64,000 nucleotides of DNA from the human T2T-CHM13v2.0 reference genome, Homo sapiens, in the NCBI RefSeq assembly GCF_009914755.1, contig NC_060935.1; one strand, 5' to 3'. The notes below the pieces were generated by a model. The model saw only the letters and a list, made by a program, of their open reading frames with translations. It was not told where the DNA came from and did not search any database. Numbering within the stretch: position 1 is the first letter of the stretch; each line of letters starts with the position of its first letter. A program made the translations under genes and the position numbers. Of this stretch, positions 1 through 14,299 are shown one piece after another.

Positions 1-125
1 CCAATAGGGTGCAGTGAATAATGCTCAGGTAATGGGTGCACCAAAATCTCACAAATCACCACTAAAGAACTTACTCATGTAACAAAACACCACCTGTGCT
101 CCAATAACCTATGGAAAAAAATAAA
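1..125 (+). mobile_element. L1 3' end (L1PB/L1MA-type), cut by the window start
   Basis: gggtgcaccaaaatctcacaaatcaccactaaagaacttactcatgtaac...aataacctatggaaaaaaataaa resembles an old primate L1 3' terminus. Confidence 0.85.
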
Positions 126-745
126 TTTCTAATGATGTCTTAGCATCCATGATTGATTGACACCCCAGCTGGTATCACCTTAATATTGCTCTGCATTTAG
201 CTCTACCATATCACCAATTAATAAACACAAAATTCACTCCTCCTTTCATTCTATCCTCCTGGTATTTCCACAGGGTGTTGATTGCAAAATAAACTGGCCT
301 TATATCAGATCCTCTAGCTTGGGAGATTCTTGAATTCTGGCCTAAAAAAGTATTTTATAAATGTATGATTCCACTTATTGCATAGGAAGATGTAATATGA
401 ATCTTGATATGATTTATTTTTAATTTTGATGACTACAAGTTATTGGTATGTAGTATTTGTTTTATGATTCTAGCAACTGGTATCTGTTAACTATGAGATT
501 CTGAAATGTTTCTCCAGGTTTTATGTCTCTAGTCAGGAGTTTCTAGAATTACATTCTGCACCATTCCCCACTAAAGTAGCCCTGGTAACTATGGTCTGAC
601 TGACTGAATAGATACATGAATACAGCACTATCTGGTTTATAAAAAAAAATCTTTCTTTTATTTGGGCTGTCATGCCTTGAGCTGCTGCTGAAATGTACAT
701 AACTATAAAATGTATAAAATGGGAATAATGGTTTCTACCATGTTT

Positions 746-1072
<327 letters not shown>

Positions 1073-1134
1073 TGAAATCACTTAATAACCAATCTCATTC
1101 TGGGATGTAGAGCACAAAACTTTGGTCCTGAAAA

Positions 1135-1225
1135 AGACCTCAGACATCTATTCCAATCACTTCCTTTTACAGATGAAAAACCCGAGGACAGACATTAAAA
1201 GATTTGCCTGGGGTTATTGTTCATA
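1135..1225 (+). mobile_element. MIR fragment
   Basis: ttttacagatgaaaaacccgagg resembles the MIR core; approximate bounds. Confidence 0.55.
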
Positions 1226-1813
1226 AAGTAAGAATCTATTTTTATTTGCCTGTATGGGTGGCTGTTGCTATTGCCACTATCAGCATTTTGTCAGGTTTCC
1301 TCCAGTTGTAGCACATCTAAAGACTCCACCCATTTGGTGTAGTTTATGTTACCCCAAGCCTCACACCAATCTCTGTGTGATTAAGCTTGCCATGGAGGGC
1401 AAGAAAAGTTAATAAAATCCAATCCCTTGTAGAAAATTACCAAACCGATGAACTCACCGGCCGTAGGGGTATTCTGATATCCAGATGGACACCTGACAGA
1501 ATCACATCAAATTTTCATGGAGGCAATTAGTTCCCCGCCCTTAGAACCATTAAATTTTATACTAACAATTAAACTCCAGTCTACAACATTAAAATGCGAT
1601 TAGCCCTTCACTAATAATGCATAAGAAACTTCAAGGTGATCATGAGACAGGAGTGAGGAGATCTGAAGTGCAAGAAGATTCATTTTCAGACTGTTTATTG
1701 TGCATTACACTCCACTGGATGAGATGGCAAAATGTCATTGGTGAGACACATTGGCCATTTCTTTTGTTGATATGAGTGGGGAGTTACATATCTCATATCT
1801 TTGACTTACATCA

Positions 1814-1823
<10 letters not shown>

Positions 1824-1865
<42 letters not shown>

Positions 1866-1941
1866 CCTTGTTGAGGTTTGTTTTTTTTTTTTTCTTTTTT
1901 TTTCTTTTTTTTATTATACTCTAAGTTTTAGGGTACATGTG
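1824..1941 (-). mobile_element. Severely 5'-truncated L1HS-type insertion with long poly(A) tail
   Basis: Minus strand reads gcacatgtaccctaaaacttagagtataataa plus A-tails; TSD caagaaattttt at 1812-1823 and 1942-1953; TTTT/AA endonuclease site. Confidence 0.88.
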
Positions 1942-2224
1942 CAAGAAATTTTTAAAAATATGATGTGCTGTTCTGGTTTAGATAGCAGCCAAAAAGGACT
2001 TTTCAAGCAATGTTTCAAAAGGTTGAAACAACTAGGACTACTGATATTGAAGAAGAGATAGTTGAAGGGTATTTGAGAGCTTTCTGCGACATGCCTGGTT
2101 TTTCTAGTTAAGGCAGTGATAAGCTATGCCCTACCTCTACTGAAGCCAGAACAGATTGAAACTAAAATTTTAATGGGTCTTGGATTTTAAATTAATTATC
2201 ATTAATTTGAGGGCAATATTATCC

Positions 2225-2835
<611 letters not shown>

Positions 2836-2937
2836 ATAGGTTAATTTTTAATATGACACAGTATAAAAAAGAATTTTCAGACAACAAGGAGAATGAAACT
2901 TCAGAAAAAGGTTAAAGAAGCTTCCTCCAGGGAACTT

Positions 2938-3750
2938 TGTATCAGTCAGGCCCATTCAGGAAAATAAACCACACCAGTTATTTTAAGAGAGAATTTAATA
3001 AAAGAAAAATGTTAAACAGATATTTAAATAGTTAAAGGCAAAGGGGACACAGAAGTCACATAGGTGACTCTGGAGCTGGGAGGACAGAGGCAAGAGGATG
3101 AGGTTATTAGAATAAAGAAAATGTGGCACATATACACCATAGTATACTATGCAGCCATAAGAAAGGATGAGTTCATGTCCTTTGGAGGGACATGGATGAT
3201 GCTGGAAACCATCATTCTCAGCAAACTAACAGAAGAACAGAAAACCAAACACCACATGTTCTCATTCATAAGTGGGAGTTGAACAATGAGAATACATGGA
3301 CACAGCAATGGGAACATCACACACCGGGGCTTGTCAGGGGTTGGGGGGGTTAGGGGAGGGATAGTATTAGGAGAAATACCTAATGTAGATGACGGGTTGA
3401 TGGGTGCAGCAAACCACCATAGCATGCATTTGCCTAGGTAACAAACCTGCACGTTCTGCACTTGGACCCCAGAACTTAAATTATATTTGTATATATATAA
3501 GGCTGGTTCTGGGAGTGTGGGAAACATTTGAAATTGGAACCAAGTACTGCTGCAGGAACAGAAAGTAGGCAGGAAGGAGGCAGAAGGCCCCCTGCAGCCT
3601 CCCAGTTTCCTCCTAGCACCTCTTGTTGGCAGAGCCTAATAGGGTGCTGGCTGGCAAAGCAGAGATGTCCTTTGCAGGCTCCCAGCCGCATCGCAAAGCA
3701 GAGTATAGCAGGTTGGATGGGGAGCTGGAAGACAATAGCTTAATTACCAA
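2938..3750. mobile_element. Ancient LTR remnant (family uncertain) interrupted by L1
   Basis: Starts tgtatcagtcagg like MaLR/ERV LTR ends; LTR-like sequence resumes after the L1 (ttggcagagcctaa...ctggcaaagcagag). Confidence 0.45.
3110..3485 (+). mobile_element. L1PA7/8-like 3' fragment
   Basis: ORF2 C-terminus IKKMWHIYT...HMFSFISGS, G-rich 3' UTR, ends ccagaacttaaa. Confidence 0.93.
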
Positions 3751-4064
3751 TGCTGCCTTTGAAAGTGGGAAGCTCTTATCTTTCAGAGTTCGTAGTAAGA
3801 CTGCTCACATATAAAATTAGCAAGATGGTTAAATGCTTTAATTTAAACAATCCTAGGAGCTTTTTATTTTCTGAATTTAACCTTGCTTTTCTAGGTTTGA
3901 GGAATTTGCATAATTAAAGTCGGCCTTCTTATGGGCAGATGATTACCAGGCCTCTCCTCAGTCCTATCCCAGATAATATCAAGCTTGAAATTTTCAGACC
4001 ATCTCCAATTCATTTCCATTCTGTAATTTATCTAAGTATTGCTGGGAGTTGATGTGAAAAGATC

Positions 4065-4265
4065 AAAGGCTATGCAGTCAGAAAGGTGTGGATTCAATCT
4101 TACCTCTGCCACTTTGTTGCTTAACCTTGGGTGAGTTCGTCTTAATTTCCTCATTGTTTAAATGGACATGACTATTCACATCTGTATCATGGGGTTTTTA
4201 TAACGCTTACAAGAAATAATCTATAGAAAGCAACTGGAATATTGTCTGGCAGTCACTGATATTTA
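4065..4265 (-). mobile_element. MIR fragment
   Basis: ggctatgcagtcaga...ttcaatcttacctctgccactt...ccttgggtgagt...tttcctcattgtttaaatgg. Confidence 0.65.
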
Positions 4266-4982
4266 AAAACAAATTCTATCTCCCTTTCATTCAGCCCTTC
4301 TACTTGAGATTAAACCATGAGTTTCAGATAGATCATCCTCCTGAATACAGAATCTCACTTTTGCAATGGCAGCAAAGATTAGACAGGCATTAATGTCCCC
4401 TAATTATTTCTATCAGCTTTCCCTTAAAGCTCCTCTAAGTAATCAAATGATCTAAGCAGCTGTAATCACAGCTTCAAAACAGGTTTTATATTGTCTTCTT
4501 TCAATTAGCTTGCCATCCCTGGACTCCCTCCCATGGAGAAAGTCTGGACCCAAAGACTGGATGTTGTCTTCTTCTTACTCTCCTGAACTAATCTAAGGTT
4601 TATTTATTGAAAATTGGGGTGGGGGCCAAAGACCCATCATCAAATATGCAGGGTAGGCTTTGGTGAGTTGTGTATTCCAAGCATGCACTTCCAACATTTG
4701 GGAGATGCTATTTCTGAATTAACAGAAGCATTCTCTCCTTGGGAAGTATGGGTTAGGGGTAATGCTGGTAAAGTATCTTCGGGCCATTTTATAATGAAAT
4801 TATAACTGGATAAATAGTCACAGATGTAGACAAATTGTAGTGCTTGCCTCAAAATATACTCTCCAGGGTGAGAGAAAGAGAGAGAGAGAGAGAATTGGTT
4901 TATTTTTAGGAACTAATTGGATCATAATTTATGTTTTCCTCATCAGAGAGTATAAACTTACTGAGCAGCTCCTGTGCCCTAC

Positions 4983-5537
4983 TGTACTAGTCAGGGTTCT
5001 CCAGGGAACAGAAGCAACAAGGTATATATAGATATTTAAGAGGGGATTTATCATAGGAGTTGGCTCATGCTACTACGGAGGCTGAGAAGTCCCACCATAT
5101 GCTGTCTGCAAGCTGGAGAACCAGGGAAGCTGGTGGAGTAATTCTTTCTGGGTCAAAAAGCCTGAGAATCAGGGAGCTGATAGATAGTATAACTAGTATA
5201 ACTCTCAGTCCAAAGCCAGAAGTTTGAGAACAGTGTGGGGAGGGTAAAGGGAGTGAGCCTGGAGCTCTGATGTCCAAGGGCAGAAGATGGATACCCCAGC
5301 CTCAGAAAAGAGAGTGAATTCACCTTTCCTCTGCCTTTTCATTCTATCTGGCTTCTCATCACCTCAATAGATGGAACCTATCCATACTGGTGAGGGTGGA
5401 CCTTCTTTACCCAGTCTACCAACTTAAATGCTAATATCTTCCAGAAACACCCTCATAGACACACTTAGAAATAATGTTTTACTGGCTCTCTGGGTATCCC
5501 TTAGTCCAGTCAAATTGGCATCAATGAAACCATCACA
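4983..5537. mobile_element. MLT2-family (ERVL) solo LTR
   Basis: TG...CA termini: tgtactagtcagggttctccag...ggaggctgagaagtccca...aaccatcaca. Confidence 0.88.
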
Positions 5538-6542
5538 TCTGGCTTTTACTAAAACAGCAAAGATTCAACGTGTGTCCTTCGAGGATTTTCGTGAAGCCTG
5601 GGATGGGAGGGCACTGTTCCCTGCAGGACCCCCTGTGGAACAAGGTTTTACCTATGCTACTATCATGCCTTTCCCAACTAGAAAACATCATGGTGCTAAA
5701 TGCATTTGGCTTTAGTGTCCATATAGGCCTCTTCCCACATAGGAGTTAATAACCTGTGAAAACTCAAATCTAAAAGCAAAAACATCTTTAATTCACATGA
5801 GGGCACAAGAGCAGGGCAACTCTCTAGCTTTCCTCTTTTTTAGACAACATGTTTCCTTTTTCTCTTTTCTGTTTGTTTATTTCTTCCCAATTTTTTATCT
5901 TTTTTTGAATCAAACTGTTTCTTGCACTGCAAACTCAGTATGTTGCTTCTCAGCTTCAAATGAATTTTTATAGCAAGTCATAAACCCTTGAAAATAGGAT
6001 TTATAATGGAAACACTGATGCAGCGCTAGCTAGCATAGCCAGATAGCTGTTCTAATAATACTAGATAGTAATATTCTCCAAATCTAATACTCTATAGATT
6101 TTTTCCTTGCTGTGATTTATACTGACCCAATTCTTTCTCTAACCTCTTCAGTGCCAAAGCCTGTGGTCCATGTTCATAATTGGCAAAGTCAAATGCCCTT
6201 TGGGCATGTCTGGATCACATTCATCTCTGGCAAAACATGACACAGTTAACTCCTATAGGCACAGACCCTGGGTGGGGGAGTCCTGGTTGGAGACAAGTTC
6301 CCTGGGGTAAGACAGGCTTGGGTTAGTTGGGAGATGGGGGGCATAGCTGCCTGTGGATTCTGGGGCAAGACTAGTCCAGTAGACAGAACCTAGTGGAAGG
6401 GAGAGTTTTCAGGTAAGCAGACAGGCTGCCCTGACAGTGTGCAGAACACACTGATGGGGGCCAGGAAGCATTCACAGACACTAGGCAGGTAGTTCTCTTC
6501 AGAGGAGTCTGATGGCAGGTAACAGAGTTTCAGTCCTTAGCT

Positions 6543-7635
<1,093 letters not shown>

Positions 7636-8159
7636 TAAGGGTCAAGGAGAAGAGTGGCAAGAATAAGGCAGGGTCCAAATTTCTTAAACAGGAAGACCTG
7701 GAATTAAATGCTAGATCTGCTGTTTACTAGATGTGGGGTGGCAGGAAATTTATGTTTTCCTATCTGTAAAATGGATATAACGTATTTGTTAATGGGTTGT
7801 ATTTTTTCTTTTTCATGATTGGCATGTAATACATAATCAAAAATATTTGTGCAATGAATGAGTTAAGGACTATGTAAGTAATAAATAATTTACAACAGGG
7901 ACTCTGACCCAGGGAATAAGTAAGGAACTTAGCTATGCATTTAGGGCACGTAATCAAGGCTGGAGCCACAAGGAAATGTATCTTGGTCCTACGTATATAT
8001 ATAAATATACACAAAGCCATACAAATAATTCCTTCACTACCTACCCCTGAGATCAAGGTTGGGTCTAGATTCTTTGAAGCCTGTAGGCAAACATTAAGAG
8101 ACCGCAATTATGGGGAAAGTTGTCGAAGCTGGGACACAGGAAAGGTCTGACTTACACAG

Positions 8160-8790
8160 TGTAGCAGAGAAGTAGAGCATGCAGGCCGTGTCCTCAGACT
8201 TCCTGGGTTCTAATCCTGCTATGGTTTGCATGTGTTCCTTCCAAAACTCAGATGTTGAAACTTAATGGCTAATTTGATGATTTTAACAGGTGGGGCCTTT
8301 AAGAGGTAATTAAGAGACACGAGGGCTCCTTCCAGGTGAATGAGATTAAGGCCCCTATAAAGAGCATTCATGGGTTGTTCAGTTCACTTACCCTTTGCCT
8401 TCTGTGAGGATGCAGAGTTCCTTCCCTCCAGAGGACGCAGCAACAAAGCGCTGTGATTCAAGCAGACAGCAGCCCTCACCAAACACCAAACTTGCTGGTG
8501 CCTTGATTTTGAACTTTCCAGCCTCCAAAACTGTAAGAAACAAATTTCTGTTCTTTATGCATCACCCAGCTTCAGGTATTTTGTTATAGCAGCAAAAATA
8601 GACTAAGACAAATCCCAATTCTGCTTATTAGCTGTGTGAAAGGGGGCAAATCAATTTCTCTGGCTTCTGGTGTTATCGTCTGTAAAGTGGAGTTAAGGCA
8701 GTACTGACCTCATAGGGTTATTGTGAGGATAACTTGAGAAGGTACCAGGCATACACCTGAGATACACAGGAATTGATCAATACGAGTTAT
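8160..8790 (-). mobile_element. MIR interrupted by an MST LTR
   Basis: tcagacttcctgggttctaatcc [LTR] caattctgcttattagctgtgtga...tctgtaaagtgg...acctcatagggttattgtgagga. Confidence 0.75.
8217..8610 (+). mobile_element. MSTC/MSTD-like MaLR solo LTR
   Basis: tgctatggtttg...gactaagaca termini; perfect 5-bp TSD aatcc at 8212-8216 and 8611-8615. Confidence 0.92.
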
Positions 8791-9571
8791 CTATTTTTTG
8801 CTATCTATTATTCTTTATGGCAGAGCTTATTCAATGGATTAGAGTGATGCTGTCACAAAAAAAAGCAGGGATGGGGTGGGAATTTCATGAGCATCCTTAG
8901 CAACTCCCAGGAAAACAAGAGCCCAGGAAGGAAGATGGAAAGAGCAGACATCTCCCTGGAGCAGCTCTAATTCATCCCAGGCTGAATGGAAACTTAAAAG
9001 GTAGGGCCCAAGACGCTCAAAAGGGCTTCTCATTGTTTATCATGTCTTCTCAGAACCTGAAAGCACAATGTCTTTCTGCTCTGGCTCGGTCCATATTCCA
9101 CTTGGCAAGCTGCAGTGGGCCCTGCCCCTAGGTTGAAGTGCTGGTGAAGAAGCCTTGACAGAGCCTTGCTAACTCCTGCTTGAAGGGGATGGGTGGAGGG
9201 TTTACCACAATGCCTGGTGGGCTGAGGTGAGGTGAGACGAGACTTCTGCCTTTTGATTGCCTGTCTTTTGGGAGAGGCTCAGAGAGGTCTCACTGTGCAC
9301 AGAAAAGGGGAACAGCAAATTGCTTCCGCTCATAAGATGCTCACAGATTGGTGGACAATAGATTGGTTTAACTTTATACATGCAGTTTTGTGCCTGAAGT
9401 TTAACGAAAGACATTGAGGGTGAACTTCATAAAGAAATTCTATAGGAGACTATGTCAGAAGTGGTTGATTTCCTTCCTATGTTTGCCTTTGCAAAGACTC
9501 TTGCCTTCATCAAATAAGAGCAATGGTAAGTTTTGTATAGGCATGGGAAAGATGTGGAAAGAATGATAGAG

Positions 9572-9639
9572 AATCTTACATAGGATGCAGTATTAGAGCT
9601 GGACTAATCTTACATAGAATGCAGTGTTAGAGCTGGACT
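9572..9639. repeat. 34-bp tandem duplication (2 copies, 2 mismatches)
   Basis: aatcttacataggatgcagtattagagctggact / aatcttacatagaatgcagtgttagagctggact. Confidence 0.93.
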
Positions 9640-9790
9640 GTCACTTGGATAGCACCAAGTCTGATTCCCAATTCTTTAGGTAAACAGACTGAGGCCAGAG
9701 AGAAGTGACTTGCCTAAGGTCACCTGGCTAATTAGTGCTAGTTTACAGCACAGTTGGGAAAGTTCACCTTTTGACACAGTTGTCTTTCTA
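9640..9790 (+). mobile_element. MIR fragment
   Basis: gactgaggccagagagaagtgacttgcctaaggtcac. Confidence 0.7.
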
Positions 9791-11826
9791 TAAGCTGCTA
9801 ATGAGACAATTTTGTTGCATTATTTTTGAACAAAAAAGATCACAGATGTTCTTCCATGGACAGAGCATAGCCAATTGGAGGAGTGCAGTAGGACACCCAG
9901 GTTCCAGATGGGAGCTCAGTGGCCTCCTGGAGAAGAGGGAGGTGCTGTAGAACTCTCTGGAGGGAGGCTGTCTAGGGTACATATTAGGGTGGGTCAGTTA
10001 CCTCTACTTGAGGTCTTTTCCTACTGTGGCCCTTTCTAGGATTCAGTGGAAAAACACTTTTTTTTTTCCCCTGCTGGTCTTTGGCTCTTATTATTTGATT
10101 TTCTTTAAAAGCTTTAGATAAGCAAGACCAGCAGTTGAAGGCTGGATGTTTTTGTCCTTGTTCAGCCTGAAGGCTGTGTGCAGTTCTGACAGTTAACCTC
10201 ATAAATTAAGGCTCTTCAAGAAAACCATGCCAATTTTTGTCCAACTTGGCAATTCTTGCGATTTAATATTTTCTCAGGGAGGCTTCATTTTGTACAGAAT
10301 GAGAGAGATTGAGACCCAGGAGTACTCTATTTCTCCTCCTTTTAGTGATTTATTTTGGCCTTCAAAGGACAGGGGCAGTTGCATGTGGCTGCCCAGGTTG
10401 TGCACTGCACAACTCCAGGGTTATGACCCTCAGATGTGAATGGAGTCTGAGATGCTGCCATTTTAGCAGCCTCTGAGCCTCACCAGTGTCTAGGATACCA
10501 CACCTGCCTCTGCTCTTTTTGGAGTTTTAGCTCTAGCTCTTCCATGCTCTCCCACAGTCTCATGCTGTTTTCTGGCTTCCAGGGGGCCCCAAACCTGGGG
10601 TCATCTATTCTGGGTAGCACTCATGAACCACGCTCACCTTTACTCCTTTGTCCTGTCCAAATGCTCTTATTCTGGATGTGGCATAACTACTAGGAGCATA
10701 GGCTTTTATAAGGACACATCTGGAGATCAATGACAACCTGAAAAAAAAAATTATTCACGGTGTTGGGGAGAGGAGCACTTTGGGAACAGAGGGACTTTTG
10801 GAGGAAACCCTCAAGCTATCCAAATTAGGATCACTGTCCCTGCTCCCTCTACTTGGTGAGCTTTAGTGAGAAGGATAGTTGCCCAATTAGTCCCCAAACA
10901 CCCCTTTCTGTTTTCGCATCCTTCCACTTGAGGACAGGGCTTCTCCTTTAGCTATCCTGGACCCCACCTAATTCTGAGTTAGGGCCCTGCTTCTTTCTCA
11001 TGAAAATGAACTTGGATACAGACCTTTCCCCTTTCTTCCCTCCAGGACAGCTGAGAAAGGATGACTTTTTCAAAAGAAACTTTTGTGGTGCTTGTGTTGG
11101 TAGGTAATGAAAGACACAGGCACCTTCCTATTGTTTGTTTTTTTCTTAAAAATTGTATAAGCATGGAAAAGAACAAGAATCCAGGAATAAAGAGGACTAA
11201 AAAGTTGGTTAAGAGAAACAGTTGTCTAGAAAATATCAGCTAAAGGAAACCACTAAAAAGGAACCTACAGTTAAGCATTCAGTTTCTGTGTCCAGAGAGG
11301 AGGCATCATGAGTATGTAGCTATAATTGAAGGAAGAAAATTTGTTTGGAAAGAAAGGGTTTTTCTACAATTCCAATGGCAAAAAATACATCTAAGGGGTA
11401 GATTTTTGAAAATACTTTAATGTGATTTTTTTTTTCTTTCTGAGTTTGACTTTCTCCTCACTCAGCTAAGGATATCCATCCACCTGTAGGTATGTTAGGA
11501 ATGTTATAAAGGAATGCAAAGAGAATGTACAGAGTAATGTTCAGCTTCTGATATATGAAATATTTAATAGAATGCAGTAAAACTGTAGGCTTGAAAACCA
11601 GGCATTTTTGTTTCAGAAAAGATTTACTACATTAATCTAGGTTCTATTTAACAAATCAAGGGCTAAGCCTGTAAGATTCATAGCTTAGAGTTCTCCTAAT
11701 ATGTAAGAGAAAGAGAGCACACTTATTCGAGAGGATTTAGAGCATAGGTTTTTTCAAGGTGTAGAAAATATCCCTTTGTTTGCAATGAGATTTAGCCACA
11801 GGTTGGAAGGGAAGAATGACCTGTGG

Positions 11827-12020
11827 CACTGCTTCTCAGTGTCGTCCCCAGACCAGTAGTATCAGTATCGCTTGGGAATTTGCTAGACATGCAAATGCCC
11901 CGGTTTCACATCGGACTTATTGAAGCAGAAACCCTGGAGATAGGGCTCAGCAATCTATTTTTTTCTTTTTAACAAGTCCTTTGGGTGATTGTGATGCACA
12001 CTGAAATTTGAAAAGCACTA
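11827..12020. mobile_element. MER5A-like hAT MITE
   Basis: cactgcttctca...ccagaccagtagtatcagtatcgcttgggaatttgctagacatgcaaat...aaatttgaaaagcacta, with decayed terminal inverted repeats. Confidence 0.85.
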
Positions 12021-12929
12021 GTGAAAACCTCACCCCTTCCAGTGCAGGGCATATGGGAGGATGGGGGAGAGGTAGAGTAGGAAAGAGGTATGATTGCTAT
12101 ATGTCCCTCTTTTTCTCTTCTCTGAGCTTAAGCCAAGAAGGGGATGAGTTTTAGAGGAGTGAGGGCAACCCAGAGGCGGCTCTTCCACCCATGTTCCTTA
12201 GTTGGAACTCATCCATTCAGCTGGCCTATACCAGCTGAGGATGACACCAGACCCAAAAAGAATTTGGTGTTGCTGTATGGTCAGGCTGAGAAGCTTTGAA
12301 TTTTCCATTTTTCTAAGTCTTTCTTAAGTCCCTTGTGGTATAGACAGGTCTCAGACTTAGCTGAGGGTCCAGCTAGGGAATTTATCCATAGGAGTGACTT
12401 TATCAAAGGGTATAGTGGTTTTGAGAAAAGGTTGCAGAGCATATTTTTCCAGGTCAAGGCAGATGGGAGGAGCAGTCAGAATTTCAAGGGTTCTCTAGCC
12501 TCAGGGAGGGCTGAGGGGTTCTCTAATTAACCAGGTTGGTACAGGGCTCTTGCCAAGCAGAAAGAAGATGACACCAGCCATAGGGTGGACAAGTGACATT
12601 GGCTGGGGGTCCAGTAGAGCCAGAGGACACTATCCTCCCCTTAATCAAACAGTACTATGAACCACATACTTTATTCCATGCAATAAAGTGACATTTTAGA
12701 GGGGAGGAAGAGCTAGTGAACACTTTAATTTTCCCCACAGAGACTACCTAAAATAACTATTTAAATTATCTGTGTGGGCTAAGTTTTAACCAAATAGGAC
12801 CTGTACTTCTCTCCTCATTCATTCCACACTCAGCACCCTGAAAAATGAGGAGGTACTAGCAAGACTAGACCTGTACCTCAGAGTTATGATGTGCATTAAA
12901 TTTGTAGCCACACTACACATGAAATTTAA

Positions 12930-13100
12930 TATCCAAAGATTCAGACTTCAAAATACTGGCTCCACAAGTCACTTAACCTCTCTGTGTCTTATCTCCATCT
13001 CACCTGTAAAATGGGGTTGGTAATACCTCTTTCATGCATTGTTTTGATGGTTACAGGGAGGGAGAGAGAAAGGGCTTTGTAAATGTCAAGGAACTCTCCT
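12930..13100 (-). mobile_element. MIR fragment
   Basis: caagtcacttaacctctctgtgtctt...cacctgtaaaatgggg...taatacct. Confidence 0.75.
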
Positions 13101-13289
13101 AATATCAAAATTTTTATAATAAAAGAATATAGAACCATACATCAGAGTGTTTGATAATAGTATTTTGATAAACAGCCTTCAAAAAGTTAACTTTAAATAT
13201 TAACTTATGATTCAACTGCTTATTATATAGTGTCATTTGGGTGATGTATATGTATCCTATAGTGAATGCCCTCCTCTTTCCCTAAATTC

Positions 13290-13700
13290 ATTTCTCCTTC
13301 TACTGGATATAGAACCAGTTCTTTGAGAAAACTGCTTCTTTCCCATGCCAATCACAGCCCTTGGCCATGCAGGGTAGGGAATGTTAACCCATGCCAGGCA
13401 ATCTAAGACCTTACCCATGATATTCTACTAACAGGTTGGTGGAAAAGAGTTATTTTTTCTCTGATTGTTCAGCTTTAAATCAGAGCTGCTATAGCCCATC
13501 CCCAGTAGGAGAGAATGAAACCAACGCACAGGCAGATACAAGCGAATAGGCAGAGAAGAGTGGCCCTGAGAGAAGCTCATGTCCCCAGTGCCAGTTATTC
13601 CCAAGATCAAATCACCCCTCTCTTTCCCAGCTATAGTTAATATATCCCCTTTTAAATTTGAATGAGGTTTCTGTAACTTGCAATGAAAAATATGTGTAAT
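13290..13700. mobile_element. MLT1-like LTR remnant
   Basis: gaatgaaaccaacgcacaggcag...tttgaatgaggtttctgtaacttgcaa resembles an MLT1 3' end. Confidence 0.5.
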
Positions 13701-14045
13701 ATATGCATCTCAAACTCATTAGTGCAAAATGAAACTCATCTGTCCCCAGTCTGGCCCTGCTCTTTTATTTCATTTGCATTGATGACACCATCACTGATCG
13801 CATTTTCCAGGCCAGATGCCTGGGTTTCATTGTGGACTCTGTCATATACCTTGCCCTCTCCCCTCCTGCCTTTTGAATTTGATCAGTTTTCTTTACTCCA
13901 CCCTGGTTCAGGCCACCATTATCTCTCCCCTGGATTACTGCAATGGCTTTGTAACTAGTGTCCCTGCCATTAGTCCTGTCTGCTCTATTCCATTCTCCCC
14001 TCTCCAGCAAGAGGGATCTAAGATGAAATTTATCATGTGACTAAT
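13700..14045 (+). mobile_element. L2 fragment
   Basis: catctcaaactc...ttcaggccaccattatctctcccctggattactgcaatggc. Confidence 0.75.
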
Positions 14046-14299
14046 GGGCCTCTGCCCCAGACATTGGGCCTTTATTATGCATTGTGAATTTCTAGGAGGC
14101 TTTACTAGATTTAACATCTTGCTAATAGATTTGACCACAGGCTTTATATTCGTGAAATATTTCATGGGGATAATTTTCTGCTGAACACAACCAGGGAAAT
14201 ATTCTAGAAGATTTCAAGGGCAACAGTTTACACTGTCACCTCTACTTTAAAAAAGTTCTGCATTAGAATTCTTAAAGTTCTTTAGAATGTGTCATCTTA

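Noticed and set aside
1801-2061. Poly-Phe ORF
   Set aside because: Translation of the poly(T) tail of the L1 micro-insertion
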